Source: Clostridia bacterium (GTDB taxonomy: Bacteria; Bacillota; Clostridia; Oscillospirales; CAG-272). From it: a DNA stretch of 59,647 nucleotides. Position numbers and translations under genes: made by a program. The notes beneath the pieces were generated by a model. That model was not told where the DNA came from. It saw only the letters and a program-made list of their open reading frames with translations, and searched no databases. Positions 1-8,802 of this stretch are shown here, piece after piece; within the stretch, counting starts at the first letter, position 1; every line of letters begins with the position of its first letter. The DNA is taken from the NCBI GenBank assembly GCA_017463065.1, contig JAFTPX010000002.1, forward strand, positions 1 to 59,647, read 5' to 3'.

Positions 1-8
1 AATTTCAA

Positions 9-1076
9 GTGGCGGTCATTCTTCCCCGAGGAAGCGCCTTAAAAAAAAGGCTGACCGACATCGGCGTGGAGGTGTTTGAGATTGACGGCTGTCGGGACCG
101 CTCGTGGGAGTGGCGCGCGATTCCTCAATACGTAAGGATCTTCAAGCAATGGAAGCCGGACCTGATCCATTGTCACGGGTGCTTGACGTGCCGTGTGGCG
201 GCAATGCTTTGGGGAATCCCAATCCGTTTGTATACCCGTCATTGCGCCTATCCGATCCCCCCATGGCAACGAAGTGCCGTGGGGAAGGCTTTGGTCGGGA
301 CCATACAGGAGCTTCTGTCCCATCGGATCATCGCCGTAGCCGAGGCGGCAAAGGAAAACCTTGTGGAAATGGGAGTTCGGGAAAAAAAGATTGCGGTGAT
401 CATCAACGGCGTGGAAGGGCTTCCCGAGCAGAGCCTTGAGGAACGAAGCCGTATGCGGAAAGCCTTGGAGATTCCGCAAGATGCAACGGTGATCGGTATT
501 TGCGCCAGACTGGAGCCCTGCAAGGGACATATGGATTTTCTGCGCGCGGCGGAGCACTTGATGGGGCGATCGGATCGATATTATTTTCTGATCGTGGGAG
601 ACGGCAGTCTTTCAGATACCTTGCGGAGGTATTGCCGCCAAAAGAAGCTGGACGAGCGGGTTCGGTTTACAGGATTTGCGGAGGACGTGTCACCCTATTT
701 CAATATCATGAATCTGAACGTCAATTGTTCCGTAGGGACGGAAACCTCCTCCTTGGCGTTGTCGGAAGGAATGAGTCTTGGTCTGCCCGCCGTGGTCAGT
801 GATTACGGAGGCAATCCGTATATGGTGCGGGACGGAGAAAACGGACTGGTGTATCCTGTGGGACGGGCGGAGCTGCTGGCGGACGCCATCCACCGCCTTA
901 TCCAAGACTCCGCCTTATACGATGCCATGTCTCAAAAGGCATATGAACGATTTCGGACAGAGCTGAACGCGAAACAGATGGCTGAGCGAACCCAAGATCT
1001 TTATCGCAAGCTGTATGTGGAACGCAATCCCTCAAAGTCCGAGAACGGCATCGGCAATACGAAAATAAATCAGTAA
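9..1076 (+). CDS. Glycosyltransferase family 4 (GT-B) protein, probably 5'-truncated by the window edge
   Basis: KPDLIHCHG, ARLEPCKGH, VRFTGF and ETSSLALSEGMSLGLPAVVSDYGGNP (E-x7-E) motifs typical of GT4. Confidence 0.85.
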   Translation: MAVILPRGSALKKRLTDIGVEVFEIDGCRDRSWEWRAIPQYVRIFKQWKPDLIHCHGCLTCRVAAMLWGIPIRLYTRHCAYPIPPWQRSAVGKALVGTIQELLSHRIIAVAEAAKENLVEMGVREKKIAVIINGVEGLPEQSLEERSRMRKALEIPQDATVIGICARLEPCKGHMDFLRAAEHLMGRSDRYYFLIVGDGSLSDTLRRYCRQKKLDERVRFTGFAEDVSPYFNIMNLNVNCSVGTETSSLALSEGMSLGLPAVVSDYGGNPYMVRDGENGLVYPVGRAELLADAIHRLIQDSALYDAMSQKAYERFRTELNAKQMAERTQDLYRKLYVERNPSKSENGIGNTKINQ

Positions 1077-2372
1077 CGCCACGGCATCCACAATGGTCGT
1101 GATAAAGGGACTTGCCATGACTGCGGGGTCAAAGCCGATCCGCTTCGCGAGAATAGGAAGAGAACAGCCCACCAGCTTGGCAACGATCACCGTTGCCAGT
1201 ATGGTGACGGCAATCACACCCGCTACGGCGGGGGAGGCTTTATCCAGAAGCATGGCTTTCCCAAAGACCACCGCCGCCAGTGTTATCCCGCAGAGAAGGG
1301 CGACCCGAAGCTCCTTCCACAAAATCCGTAAAATATTGCCCATGCGAAGCTCGCCCAGAGAAAGACCGCGAATGATGGTCACAGATGCTTGCCCGCCCGC
1401 GTTTCCGCCCGTATCCATCAGCATGGGAATAAAGGCGGTCAAAATGACTGCCTGCCCCAGTGCGTTCTCGTAGTAGGTAATGATGGTTCCCGTGAAGGTG
1501 GCGGAAACCATCAAAAGCAGTAACCACGGGATGCGGGTCAGCCAAGTGGCAAGGACACCCGTTTTCAGATAGGGCTTGTCGGTTGGCGTGATTGCCGCCA
1601 TTTTTTCAATATCCTTCGTGGCTTCCTCCTGAATGACGTCTACGGCATCGTCTACGGTGACGATGCCTACCAGTCGATTTTCACTGTCGGTTACGGGAAG
1701 CGCCAGAAGATCGTATTTGGAAATGAGGGAGGCTGCATGCTCCTTTTCGTCGGTGGTCAGAACGCGAATGATGGAGGAATCCATCAGCTCGGAAATTCGT
1801 TCGGTGGGCGGGGCAAACAGCAGATCCTTCAGCTCCAGAATTCCCGACAAAACCTTGGAGGAATCGGTGACGTAGATTACGTAAACCGTTTCCTTGCTGA
1901 TGCCGATCCTTCGGATATAGTCTACGGATTGCTCCACCGTCCAGTGGGAATATACGCTGACCAACTCGGAGGTCATGATACTGCCCACGCTATCGTGAGG
2001 GTAGTTGAGAAACCGATTGATCACTCCTCTTCGCTGGGGAGAGGTGTTTTTCAAAATTCGGTTGACCATGTTTGCGGGAAGCTCCTCCAGAAGATCCACC
2101 GCATCGTCGATGAATAGATCGTCCATGAATTTGGCAATTTCCTCGTCGCTCATGCTTTGAATGATTTGCTCCTGCGCATTGGACTCCAATTCCGCAAAAA
2201 TATCGGCGGCGGTGTCCTTTTTTAATAATCGGAATACCATGGGGAGATGGGGCGGTTCAACGATGGAAAGAAAGTCTGCCGCATCCACTGCGTTCATGCG
2301 GTCAATCGCTTTCATGAATTCCGCAAAGTGCCGTTGCTCCAACAGCTCATGCAAGGATGAATAGTCAACCAC
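1032..2372 (-). CDS. mgtE: Magnesium transporter MgtE
   Basis: MgtE N-domain, CBS pair, transmembrane motifs GGNAGGQ and DPAVMASPFITTIVD. GTG start at 2372 follows a GGAGG RBS (ORF track start 2465). Confidence 0.93.
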   Translation of the reverse strand: MVDYSSLHELLEQRHFAEFMKAIDRMNAVDAADFLSIVEPPHLPMVFRLLKKDTAADIFAELESNAQEQIIQSMSDEEIAKFMDDLFIDDAVDLLEELPANMVNRILKNTSPQRRGVINRFLNYPHDSVGSIMTSELVSVYSHWTVEQSVDYIRRIGISKETVYVIYVTDSSKVLSGILELKDLLFAPPTERISELMDSSIIRVLTTDEKEHAASLISKYDLLALPVTDSENRLVGIVTVDDAVDVIQEEATKDIEKMAAITPTDKPYLKTGVLATWLTRIPWLLLLMVSATFTGTIITYYENALGQAVILTAFIPMLMDTGGNAGGQASVTIIRGLSLGELRMGNILRILWKELRVALLCGITLAAVVFGKAMLLDKASPAVAGVIAVTILATVIVAKLVGCSLPILAKRIGFDPAVMASPFITTIVDAVALLIYFRIADAVLGL

Positions 2373-2491
2373 GGTATCGCCTCCTTTGTCGATGAGATAT
2401 TCTCTATCATCATATGTACGAAAAGAAAGGAAGGGGAATAAAAAACGGTACAGAGCCTTACTCATAGTCTGTACCGTTTTGCGGAGAATAG

Positions 2492-3001
2492 TTATGTAAT
2501 TTCTGGCGAGAGGGAAGCATTCTTCTCGAAATTTCGTAAGAATCCGTAAAACCGCTCCTCGGCGCGGGCGAGCTCCTTCGCCGAAAGAATGATCTTGTCC
2601 GCGGAACGATCGGCTTCTTCCGCTCGGACGATTTCCTCACTTTGGATCAGAAAGTCATTGATGGCGGATCGGAAGCTCAGGTATTCCCCGAGAAGCTCGT
2701 CTCCCAGAGCCACCAGCTCGGGTCTGACCTTTCGGTCTGCCTCGATCATCCATTCGGATAGGCGGGAAAGACAACGGTCGGCGCGGTCTATTGCCGCGAA
2801 CAAGGATTGGGCATAGGCATAATACGCCACGATGTCGTTTTTCGATAGCGTGCTTTGCGGAAGAAAAAAGGCGGTTTGCGGAAAACCGCTCAGATATGCT
2901 GTTCCTTTCTCCTCAAGAATATCGAGAATCTCCATCAGCTCCTTGACCGTATCCGTCAAGGGCGTGGACGGATGAAAAAGAAGATGGGAAGCTTGGTTCA
3001 T
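2492..3001 (-). CDS. Hypothetical helical protein (169 aa)
   Basis: ORF with a GGAG RBS in an otherwise empty interval. No family recognised. Confidence 0.6.
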   Translation of the reverse strand: MNQASHLLFHPSTPLTDTVKELMEILDILEEKGTAYLSGFPQTAFFLPQSTLSKNDIVAYYAYAQSLFAAIDRADRCLSRLSEWMIEADRKVRPELVALGDELLGEYLSFRSAINDFLIQSEEIVRAEEADRSADKIILSAKELARAEERFYGFLRNFEKNASLSPEIT

Positions 3002-3020
3002 GATTCACTCCTGCGTCAAA

Positions 3021-3075
3021 CAAAAAGGAGAGCCGATTGCGAATAAGATCGCGAACCCATCGGCTCCCACTTTTG
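3021..3075 (-). terminator. Intrinsic terminator after khpA
   Basis: Hairpin gagccgat...atcggctc followed by a T-run on the minus strand. Confidence 0.6.
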
Positions 3076-3086
3076 GGATGATAATT

Positions 3087-3323
3087 TTAACGAATGTCAA
3101 CGGTTACATCCTTGCCGTCGGTAGATGCTGCTGCTCTCATTACGGTGCGGATCGCTTTTGCGATTTTTCCGTTTTTGCCAATGACCATACCCGTTTCGGC
3201 TTCTGCAACGGTAAGTACCAGAGATATTTTGTTACCGCTTACGGTTTCCTCAACAGAAACTTCGTCGGGGCTGTCAACGATGGCTTTGGCAATGCCGCAC
3301 AAGGTTTCCTTCAAATCGGTCAT
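3087..3323 (-). CDS. khpA: KH-domain RNA-binding protein KhpA (YlqC)
   Basis: GMVIGKNGKIAKAIR KH motif, directly downstream of rpsP. Confidence 0.92.
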   Translation of the reverse strand: MTDLKETLCGIAKAIVDSPDEVSVEETVSGNKISLVLTVAEAETGMVIGKNGKIAKAIRTVMRAAASTDGKDVTVDIR

Positions 3324-3341
3324 ATGAATTCACCAATGCAA

Positions 3342-3581
3342 TCAGTCAACGATGTTGGACTTCTTCAGCAGAGCCTTTACAGTGTCGGTGGGCTGTGCGC
3401 CGTTTGCGATCCAAGCCTTAGCCTTTTCCGCGTCGATTTTGATCTCATCGCTCATAGGATTGAAGTATCCGATCTCCTCGATGAAACGACCGTCTCTGGG
3501 AGAGCGGCTGTCTGCGATAATTACACGGTAGGTAGGAGCCTTCTTGGCGCCCATTCTTCTCAGTCTCATTTTTACTGCCAT
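3342..3581 (-). CDS. rpsP: 30S ribosomal protein S16
   Basis: [38 protein letters not shown]. Confidence 0.98.
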   Translation of the reverse strand: MAVKMRLRRMGAKKAPTYRVIIADSRSPRDGRFIEEIGYFNPMSDEIKIDAEKAKAWIANGAQPTDTVKALLKKSNIVD

Positions 3582-3640
3582 TGTTTGTTTCCTCCAAAAA
3601 ATAAAATTAAAATATAAAATTTATAAAAATCCGTAATCAA

Positions 3641-4978
3641 TTAAAACGGAATTTTCATCTTTTTTCGTCCGAATTTGGACAACTGCTTGGGATTGGAAAA
3701 TTGCTTCATGAGCTTGCGGGTCTGATCGAACTGCTTCAGAAGCTTGTTGACCTCTTCTACGGTTGTTCCGCTTCCCGCGGCGATTCGCTTCTTTCTCGAA
3801 GCATTCAGTGCCTCGGGCTTTTCTCGCTCATAGGGAGTCATGGCTTGGATGATCGCTTCCATGTGAGCCAAGGCTTTTTCATCGACCTTCGCATCCTTCA
3901 GCACCCCGGGCTTGACTCCCGGCATCATTCCCATCAGCTGCTCGAGACTGCCCATGTTTTTAATCTGGGAGAACTGCTCCAGATAATCGTCAAGGGTAAA
4001 GGTTGCCTCGCGGATCTTTTTTTCCAGCTCCTGCGCTTTTTTCTCGTCGTAGGCTTGCTCGGCTTTTTCAATCAGGGAGAGCACGTCTCCCATACCGAGG
4101 ATTCGGGAAGCCATACGGTCGGGATAAAAGGGCTCGATGGCATCCAGCTTTTCACCGGTACCGATAAACTTAATGGGCTTGCCCGTAACGTGCTTGACCG
4201 ACAGCGCGGCACCGCCACGGGTATCGCCGTCCAGCTTGGTGAGAATCACACCCGTAACGTCCAATAGCTCATTGAAGGTTTTTGCTACGTTCACCGCATC
4301 CTGACCGATCATCGCATCGATGGTGAGCAGAATTTCGGTGGGCTCAACCTTGGATTTGATGTCCTGCAATTCCCGCATTAGAGTCTCATCGATATGCAGA
4401 CGTCCCGCAGTGTCGATAAACACCATATCATAGCCCTTCTTGATGGCGTAAGCAACGCCCTCGAAAGCGATTTTGACAGGGGATTCCTTGTCGCCTAAGG
4501 TGAATACGGGAATGCCCAGCTTTTCACCTACAATCTCCAACTGCTTGATGGCGGCGGGACGGTAAATATCACAAGCGACGAGCAAGGGGTTCTTGCCTTG
4601 CTTCTTATACATACTCGCAAGCTTTCCCGCATGGGTGGTCTTACCCGCACCCTGCAAGCCGACCATCATCACCACCGTAGGCGGCTTGGAGGAGATCTGC
4701 AGCTTGGCTTGAGAGCCTCCCATCAGATTGGTCAATTCCTCGTTGACGATCTTTACGATCTGTTGAGCGGGGAGCAAGGATTCCAGAACCTCCGCGCCTA
4801 CCGCGCGCTCGGAGACCGTGGCGATAAATTCCTTAACAACCTTAAAGTTTACGTCAGCCTCCAGTAACGCAAGCTTGATTTCGCGCATGCCCGCCTTGAT
4901 GTCGGCTTCGGTTAATTTTCCTTTGCTTTTAAATTTTTTAAACGCGTTTTCCAGCTTTTCGCCAAGACTTTGAAACAT
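3641..4978 (-). CDS. ffh: Signal recognition particle protein Ffh
   Basis: GLQGAGKTT, DTAGR and TKLDGD GTPase motifs plus a Met-rich M domain. Confidence 0.98.
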   Translation of the reverse strand: MFQSLGEKLENAFKKFKSKGKLTEADIKAGMREIKLALLEADVNFKVVKEFIATVSERAVGAEVLESLLPAQQIVKIVNEELTNLMGGSQAKLQISSKPPTVVMMVGLQGAGKTTHAGKLASMYKKQGKNPLLVACDIYRPAAIKQLEIVGEKLGIPVFTLGDKESPVKIAFEGVAYAIKKGYDMVFIDTAGRLHIDETLMRELQDIKSKVEPTEILLTIDAMIGQDAVNVAKTFNELLDVTGVILTKLDGDTRGGAALSVKHVTGKPIKFIGTGEKLDAIEPFYPDRMASRILGMGDVLSLIEKAEQAYDEKKAQELEKKIREATFTLDDYLEQFSQIKNMGSLEQLMGMMPGVKPGVLKDAKVDEKALAHMEAIIQAMTPYEREKPEALNASRKKRIAAGSGTTVEEVNKLLKQFDQTRKLMKQFSNPKQLSKFGRKKMKIPF

Positions 4979-5034
4979 ACGTTCACCTTCCTTTCATAGA
5001 AGTGTCCTTCGGCGGATCGAACGGTTCGAGAAGC

Positions 5035-5370
5035 CTATTGCTTAATTGCGGATGCCAGACGAAGAATCTCCTCTTTCACCGAGTCGGGTAGGGAGTGATC
5101 CTCCGCCAAACGACAGAGCGAATCGGCATAGCCTTCCAATTGAAGCATCTTCTTTGCCAAACCGAGCTTTTCTTCATAAAAAAACAAGTCGCATTCGGTT
5201 TTCTTGATGATGTTTCTGACCCCCTGTCTGGAAATGCCGATCTCGTCCGCGATTTCCGCAAGGGAATAGTCCTCGTTGTAATACATATCCAGAACGGAAC
5301 GCTTCCGCTCGGGTAATAGCTCTCCGTAAAAATCAAGGAGATATCCTACGGTCAGATTTTTTTCAAACAT
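5035..5370 (-). CDS. ylxM: YlxM family DNA-binding/SRP-associated protein
   Basis: LLDFYGELL...YYNEDYSLAEIADEIGISRQGV, upstream of ffh. ATG at 5370 follows AAGGAGG. Confidence 0.9.
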   Translation of the reverse strand: MFEKNLTVGYLLDFYGELLPERKRSVLDMYYNEDYSLAEIADEIGISRQGVRNIIKKTECDLFFYEEKLGLAKKMLQLEGYADSLCRLAEDHSLPDSVKEEILRLASAIKQ

Positions 5371-5497
5371 GGCGGGACGACGCCTCCTTGCGCGACAAAA
5401 AAACAGGTGTAAACCAAAATGCTTTACAAGTATATCACACTTTGGAATGTCTGTCAAGCGTTTTTTGAAAAAAATATAGAATATTTCAAAAAAGTTC

Positions 5498-5526
5498 TTG
5501 ACTTTTCAAAAGAAACGTGTTATAAT
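5498..5526 (+). promoter_or_regulatory. Sigma-A promoter for tRNA-Leu(CAA)
   Basis: TTGACT-17 nt-TATAAT with an extended TGn. Confidence 0.8.
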
Positions 5527-5542
5527 ACTACCTGTTCCGATT

Positions 5543-5629
5543 GCCGGTGTGATGGAATTGGCAGACGTGCTGGACTCAAAATCCAGTGGTAGCGATACCG
5601 TGTCGGTTCGACCCCGACCACCGGCACCA
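5543..5629 (+). tRNA. tRNA-Leu (anticodon CAA)
   Basis: GCCGGTG acceptor stem, D-loop GGAATTGGCAGAC, anticodon arm CTGGA-CT-CAA-AA-TCCAG, long variable arm, GGTTCGAC, encoded CCA. Confidence 0.96.
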
Positions 5630-5662
5630 AAAAATCCGAGAAAATTTTTCTCGGATTTTTTC
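5630..5662. terminator. Bidirectional terminator after the tRNA
   Basis: aaaaatccgagaaaa-ttttctcggattttt inverted repeat. Confidence 0.8.
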
Positions 5663-5688
5663 TTTATATACGCAATATACGGATCGGT

Positions 5689-6246
5689 TTACGAGCCGCA
5701 TCCGACGACTTGCGCTTCCTTGAAATTGCAATCCTTCAGAACACCGTCGTATATTTTTCTTGCCCCTTTGATTGCGGGGAAATCATTGGGAAGCATCAGA
5801 TACGGATCCTTGGGAAGCGTGATCTCCCCCGATTCCTGCAGAGCGATTGCCACGAATTGAGAACAAACCAAACGCCAGCGCCGTTGCAGACGAATTCCTA
5901 AGCGCAGAGGAAGCACTCCCATGAAATTGTATTTTGCTTTTTTACGGTTCTTTAAGTAGAGATCAAGGAGGCGTTTTATTTTTTCATAGCCTTCGTCGCT
6001 GACTTCAATGGCATATAGGGAACAATGACAGTCAGGATACTTGGCAAACACGAGGGCATGGATATCCTCCACGATCAGTCCTGCGTTCAGAGGGTTATTG
6101 AGCGTTTTTCTGGCGTAGCTGTAAAATCGATCGGTTTGAGGGGTCAGAGCCAGAGAGGCATGGGTGAAGGATCCGCCCGTCATGCGGTGAATGAGACGGG
6201 AAGGGAGAGTTTGTGTTTTGGATAGAAGAATATAAATCTGCTTCAA
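5689..6246 (-). CDS. Permuted papain-like (NlpC/P60, YiiX/YebB-like) protein
   Basis: FTHASL (His) precedes YNF...LVCSQFVA (Cys), the permuted order. TTG start follows AAGGAG (track start 6288). Confidence 0.65.
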   Translation of the reverse strand: MKQIYILLSKTQTLPSRLIHRMTGGSFTHASLALTPQTDRFYSYARKTLNNPLNAGLIVEDIHALVFAKYPDCHCSLYAIEVSDEGYEKIKRLLDLYLKNRKKAKYNFMGVLPLRLGIRLQRRWRLVCSQFVAIALQESGEITLPKDPYLMLPNDFPAIKGARKIYDGVLKDCNFKEAQVVGCGS

Positions 6247-6484
6247 GTGACGCTCCTTACAATCAAAAAATGTCCGAATGATACGCAATGGTGTTACCTA
6301 CGGTTATTATAGCATAATCTGTCGAACTTTTCAATGAAAAACGCAAAAGATATGGAGAATATTTTTTTGAGGGGAATTTGTTTTGATATTAGGAAGGATT
6401 TTTTGAATTTCTATTTCCTTTCGGTGAATTTTGTGGTATAATAGAGATGTTGTTATATTTTATGAAGAAGGGAGGACTCTTGCC

Positions 6485-8773
6485 ATGAAAAAAATTCTTG
6501 CGTTTCTGGTTGCCGTGTGCTGTATGATCGGCGCGATGATGCCGATTGCGTATGCGCAGGAAGGCGAGTTTTCTGCCGATTCCGACAAGCTTGCTTATGA
6601 AACGCTTCGGGAGCATGCGGTTACATATACCTGCTCCTATCAATCGGAGCAGAAGAAAATCGAGATCAGCGGAACTGTCAATCACGACGTTCTGATCAGT
6701 CATAATAATTTTACCATCGAGGTGTATCGTATCTCGGCGAATCAGACGCTTTCGGACGTGCTTCAGTCGGAGCAACCGCTGGCGAGTGCCTCCATTGCCA
6801 TCAAATTTCATTTTTCCATTGCTACGCAAGGGATCGGTGACCGTTTCGCCCGTTATGCGCTGATTCTTCGAGCTCCCTCGGGGGAGGTAAGCCTTGCGGC
6901 AGAGCCCCAGTATGCGGGCGTGCGTGGAGAGGCGGAAGCGGTTGTGGAGCGGACCGCCTTTAAAGGTGTTTCCTCAGCGGAGACGTCTGTGGGAGGGGCT
7001 CTGGGCTTTGGAACGTCGATTGTTCCAATTGAGCTGGATCAGCTGATCAGTGACGTTTCCAACGGAGTGATGTATGCCGTGGATCAGACACAGATCTATT
7101 TTGACAAAACGGCAATAGACGAGCTCGACGCGGCGGTTCGCACCTATTCCGCCGTCGGTAGCCGAGTTTATTTCCAGCTTCTTCTTTCCGATCGCCCTTC
7201 CTCTTTTTCCATACTGGAAGGAACCGCCCATCGAATTCCCAACGTATACGATAGCGAAACGATGACTGTGATCTGTGCCGTTTCGGAGTTTTTGGCGCAA
7301 CGGTACGATGATACGCGGAGCGGCGAGCTTGATGGAATGATCGTTGGAAAAGCAATCGATCGGTACGAGGGAAGCCTCTCCTTGGAGGACTATGCCGAAC
7401 GGTATGCTCTCTATCTGACAACGGTGGCAAATTCCGCTCGGGTCTATCGACCGAGTCTGGATATCGTAATTCCTTTCAGCGATGAGGATTGTTATACGTC
7501 ATCTTCTTCGGAAGCACCGACTGTCGCCGCAAGTCTTTTGGAGTCGGTTCTCGCCCATCTGGATCGGTATTTCTGCTTTGACTTCGCTTGCAGTACCTTG
7601 ATTGAATCCGATACGACTCCCTTGGGGATTACCAATGAATCCTTGGAGCAGGGAATCGATCCCGCGCAGACGGCTCCCGAAGGACAGCTGTCCGTGGAAA
7701 ATCTGCAGGTGTATTCTCAATATTTGTCCTCCTTGAAGGAGCGATACGGTTCCGCCCCCACCCACTATCTGTATCTCTGGTCGGTATCCGATTCCTTGTC
7801 AGACACCGCTTTTGCTTGCGCGTATTCCTATTCGTATTACCGTTTGTATCTGCTTCCTTTGCTTTCTTCCTTTGTGATTGCTTCCTCAGACAATAGACTG
7901 TCGGAGGCGCAACGGTTGCTTGGCTCGATTAATACCCCCGATGGGCTGTCGATGACCGCACAGCTGTTGCCGTATTTCGATGCTACGGATTGGCAGACGG
8001 TGGTGGAGGGCTTTTCCTCGGATACGTTGGCGGTTCGTCGGGTGTATCAAGGCAACTGTGATCGGAACGATGCGTCTTTTGCGGGTTCCTTTGCCTACGT
8101 GGAATTTTCCAAAGGAAATATCGGGGAATGGTTTGCGGGGGCTTCCTGTAAATCTCTCAAAGCGGATTACGATACAGAAGGAGTTCGGGGACTTTACAGT
8201 ACCATGCGCAGAACAGAGGGAGCGTCTCACGCCGACGTGTTTTGCTTGTACGAATATCCCGAAAACTTTGTGTATACGCCGTATCTCAAATTTACCCTTT
8301 CCATTGCCGAGCCGTCGGATATTACGGATGGCTTGTATCAGGTGGTGATTACCGTTGGCAATCAAACCGAGATCGTGACGGCGGAATATATGGTCAGCGG
8401 AAAAGAAACTGCCCAGTTGTGGATCGATATGCGTGGATTTAATGCCCGAAATATGGCGGAATATATTAAAATCAGTACCAGAGCGCTTTCTTCCTCCTCG
8501 GAGGAGTATTCCCTTTGCTTAAATGAGATTCGCGGCTATAGCAAGGAGCATTCCTCGGACAGGCTTGCCGACCTGATCACCGCGGAACGATTGCGTATTC
8601 GAAACCAGTCCGAGGATGCCGATGAAGAACCCGACAAAAGTGGCTTGATCTGGATCATTTTCGGTGTTTTGGTTGGGGTAACGGGGATCGGTGCCGGCTT
8701 GTTCATGGCGTTTTCTTCCGGAAGAGAAGAGGACGTGAAACAGTCGGAGGAGAACGATCAAAAGAAATCATAG
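6485..8773 (+). CDS. Secreted, C-terminally anchored DUF5722-like protein
   Basis: Signal peptide MKKILAFLVAVCC...AYA, C-terminal TM helix, EFLAQRY...GMIVG segment resembling DUF5722. Confidence 0.6.
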   Translation: MKKILAFLVAVCCMIGAMMPIAYAQEGEFSADSDKLAYETLREHAVTYTCSYQSEQKKIEISGTVNHDVLISHNNFTIEVYRISANQTLSDVLQSEQPLASASIAIKFHFSIATQGIGDRFARYALILRAPSGEVSLAAEPQYAGVRGEAEAVVERTAFKGVSSAETSVGGALGFGTSIVPIELDQLISDVSNGVMYAVDQTQIYFDKTAIDELDAAVRTYSAVGSRVYFQLLLSDRPSSFSILEGTAHRIPNVYDSETMTVICAVSEFLAQRYDDTRSGELDGMIVGKAIDRYEGSLSLEDYAERYALYLTTVANSARVYRPSLDIVIPFSDEDCYTSSSSEAPTVAASLLESVLAHLDRYFCFDFACSTLIESDTTPLGITNESLEQGIDPAQTAPEGQLSVENLQVYSQYLSSLKERYGSAPTHYLYLWSVSDSLSDTAFACAYSYSYYRLYLLPLLSSFVIASSDNRLSEAQRLLGSINTPDGLSMTAQLLPYFDATDWQTVVEGFSSDTLAVRRVYQGNCDRNDASFAGSFAYVEFSKGNIGEWFAGASCKSLKADYDTEGVRGLYSTMRRTEGASHADVFCLYEYPENFVYTPYLKFTLSIAEPSDITDGLYQVVITVGNQTEIVTAEYMVSGKETAQLWIDMRGFNARNMAEYIKISTRALSSSSEEYSLCLNEIRGYSKEHSSDRLADLITAERLRIRNQSEDADEEPDKSGLIWIIFGVLVGVTGIGAGLFMAFSSGREEDVKQSEENDQKKS

Positions 8774-8802
8774 TAAAAACCATCGGGAAGGAGGAAATTC
8801 TT

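Noticed and set aside
5498-5860. ORFs spanning the tRNA genes (also 19981-20502 and 20223-20648)
   Set aside because: They overlap clear tRNA-Leu genes and their promoters, so they are spurious.
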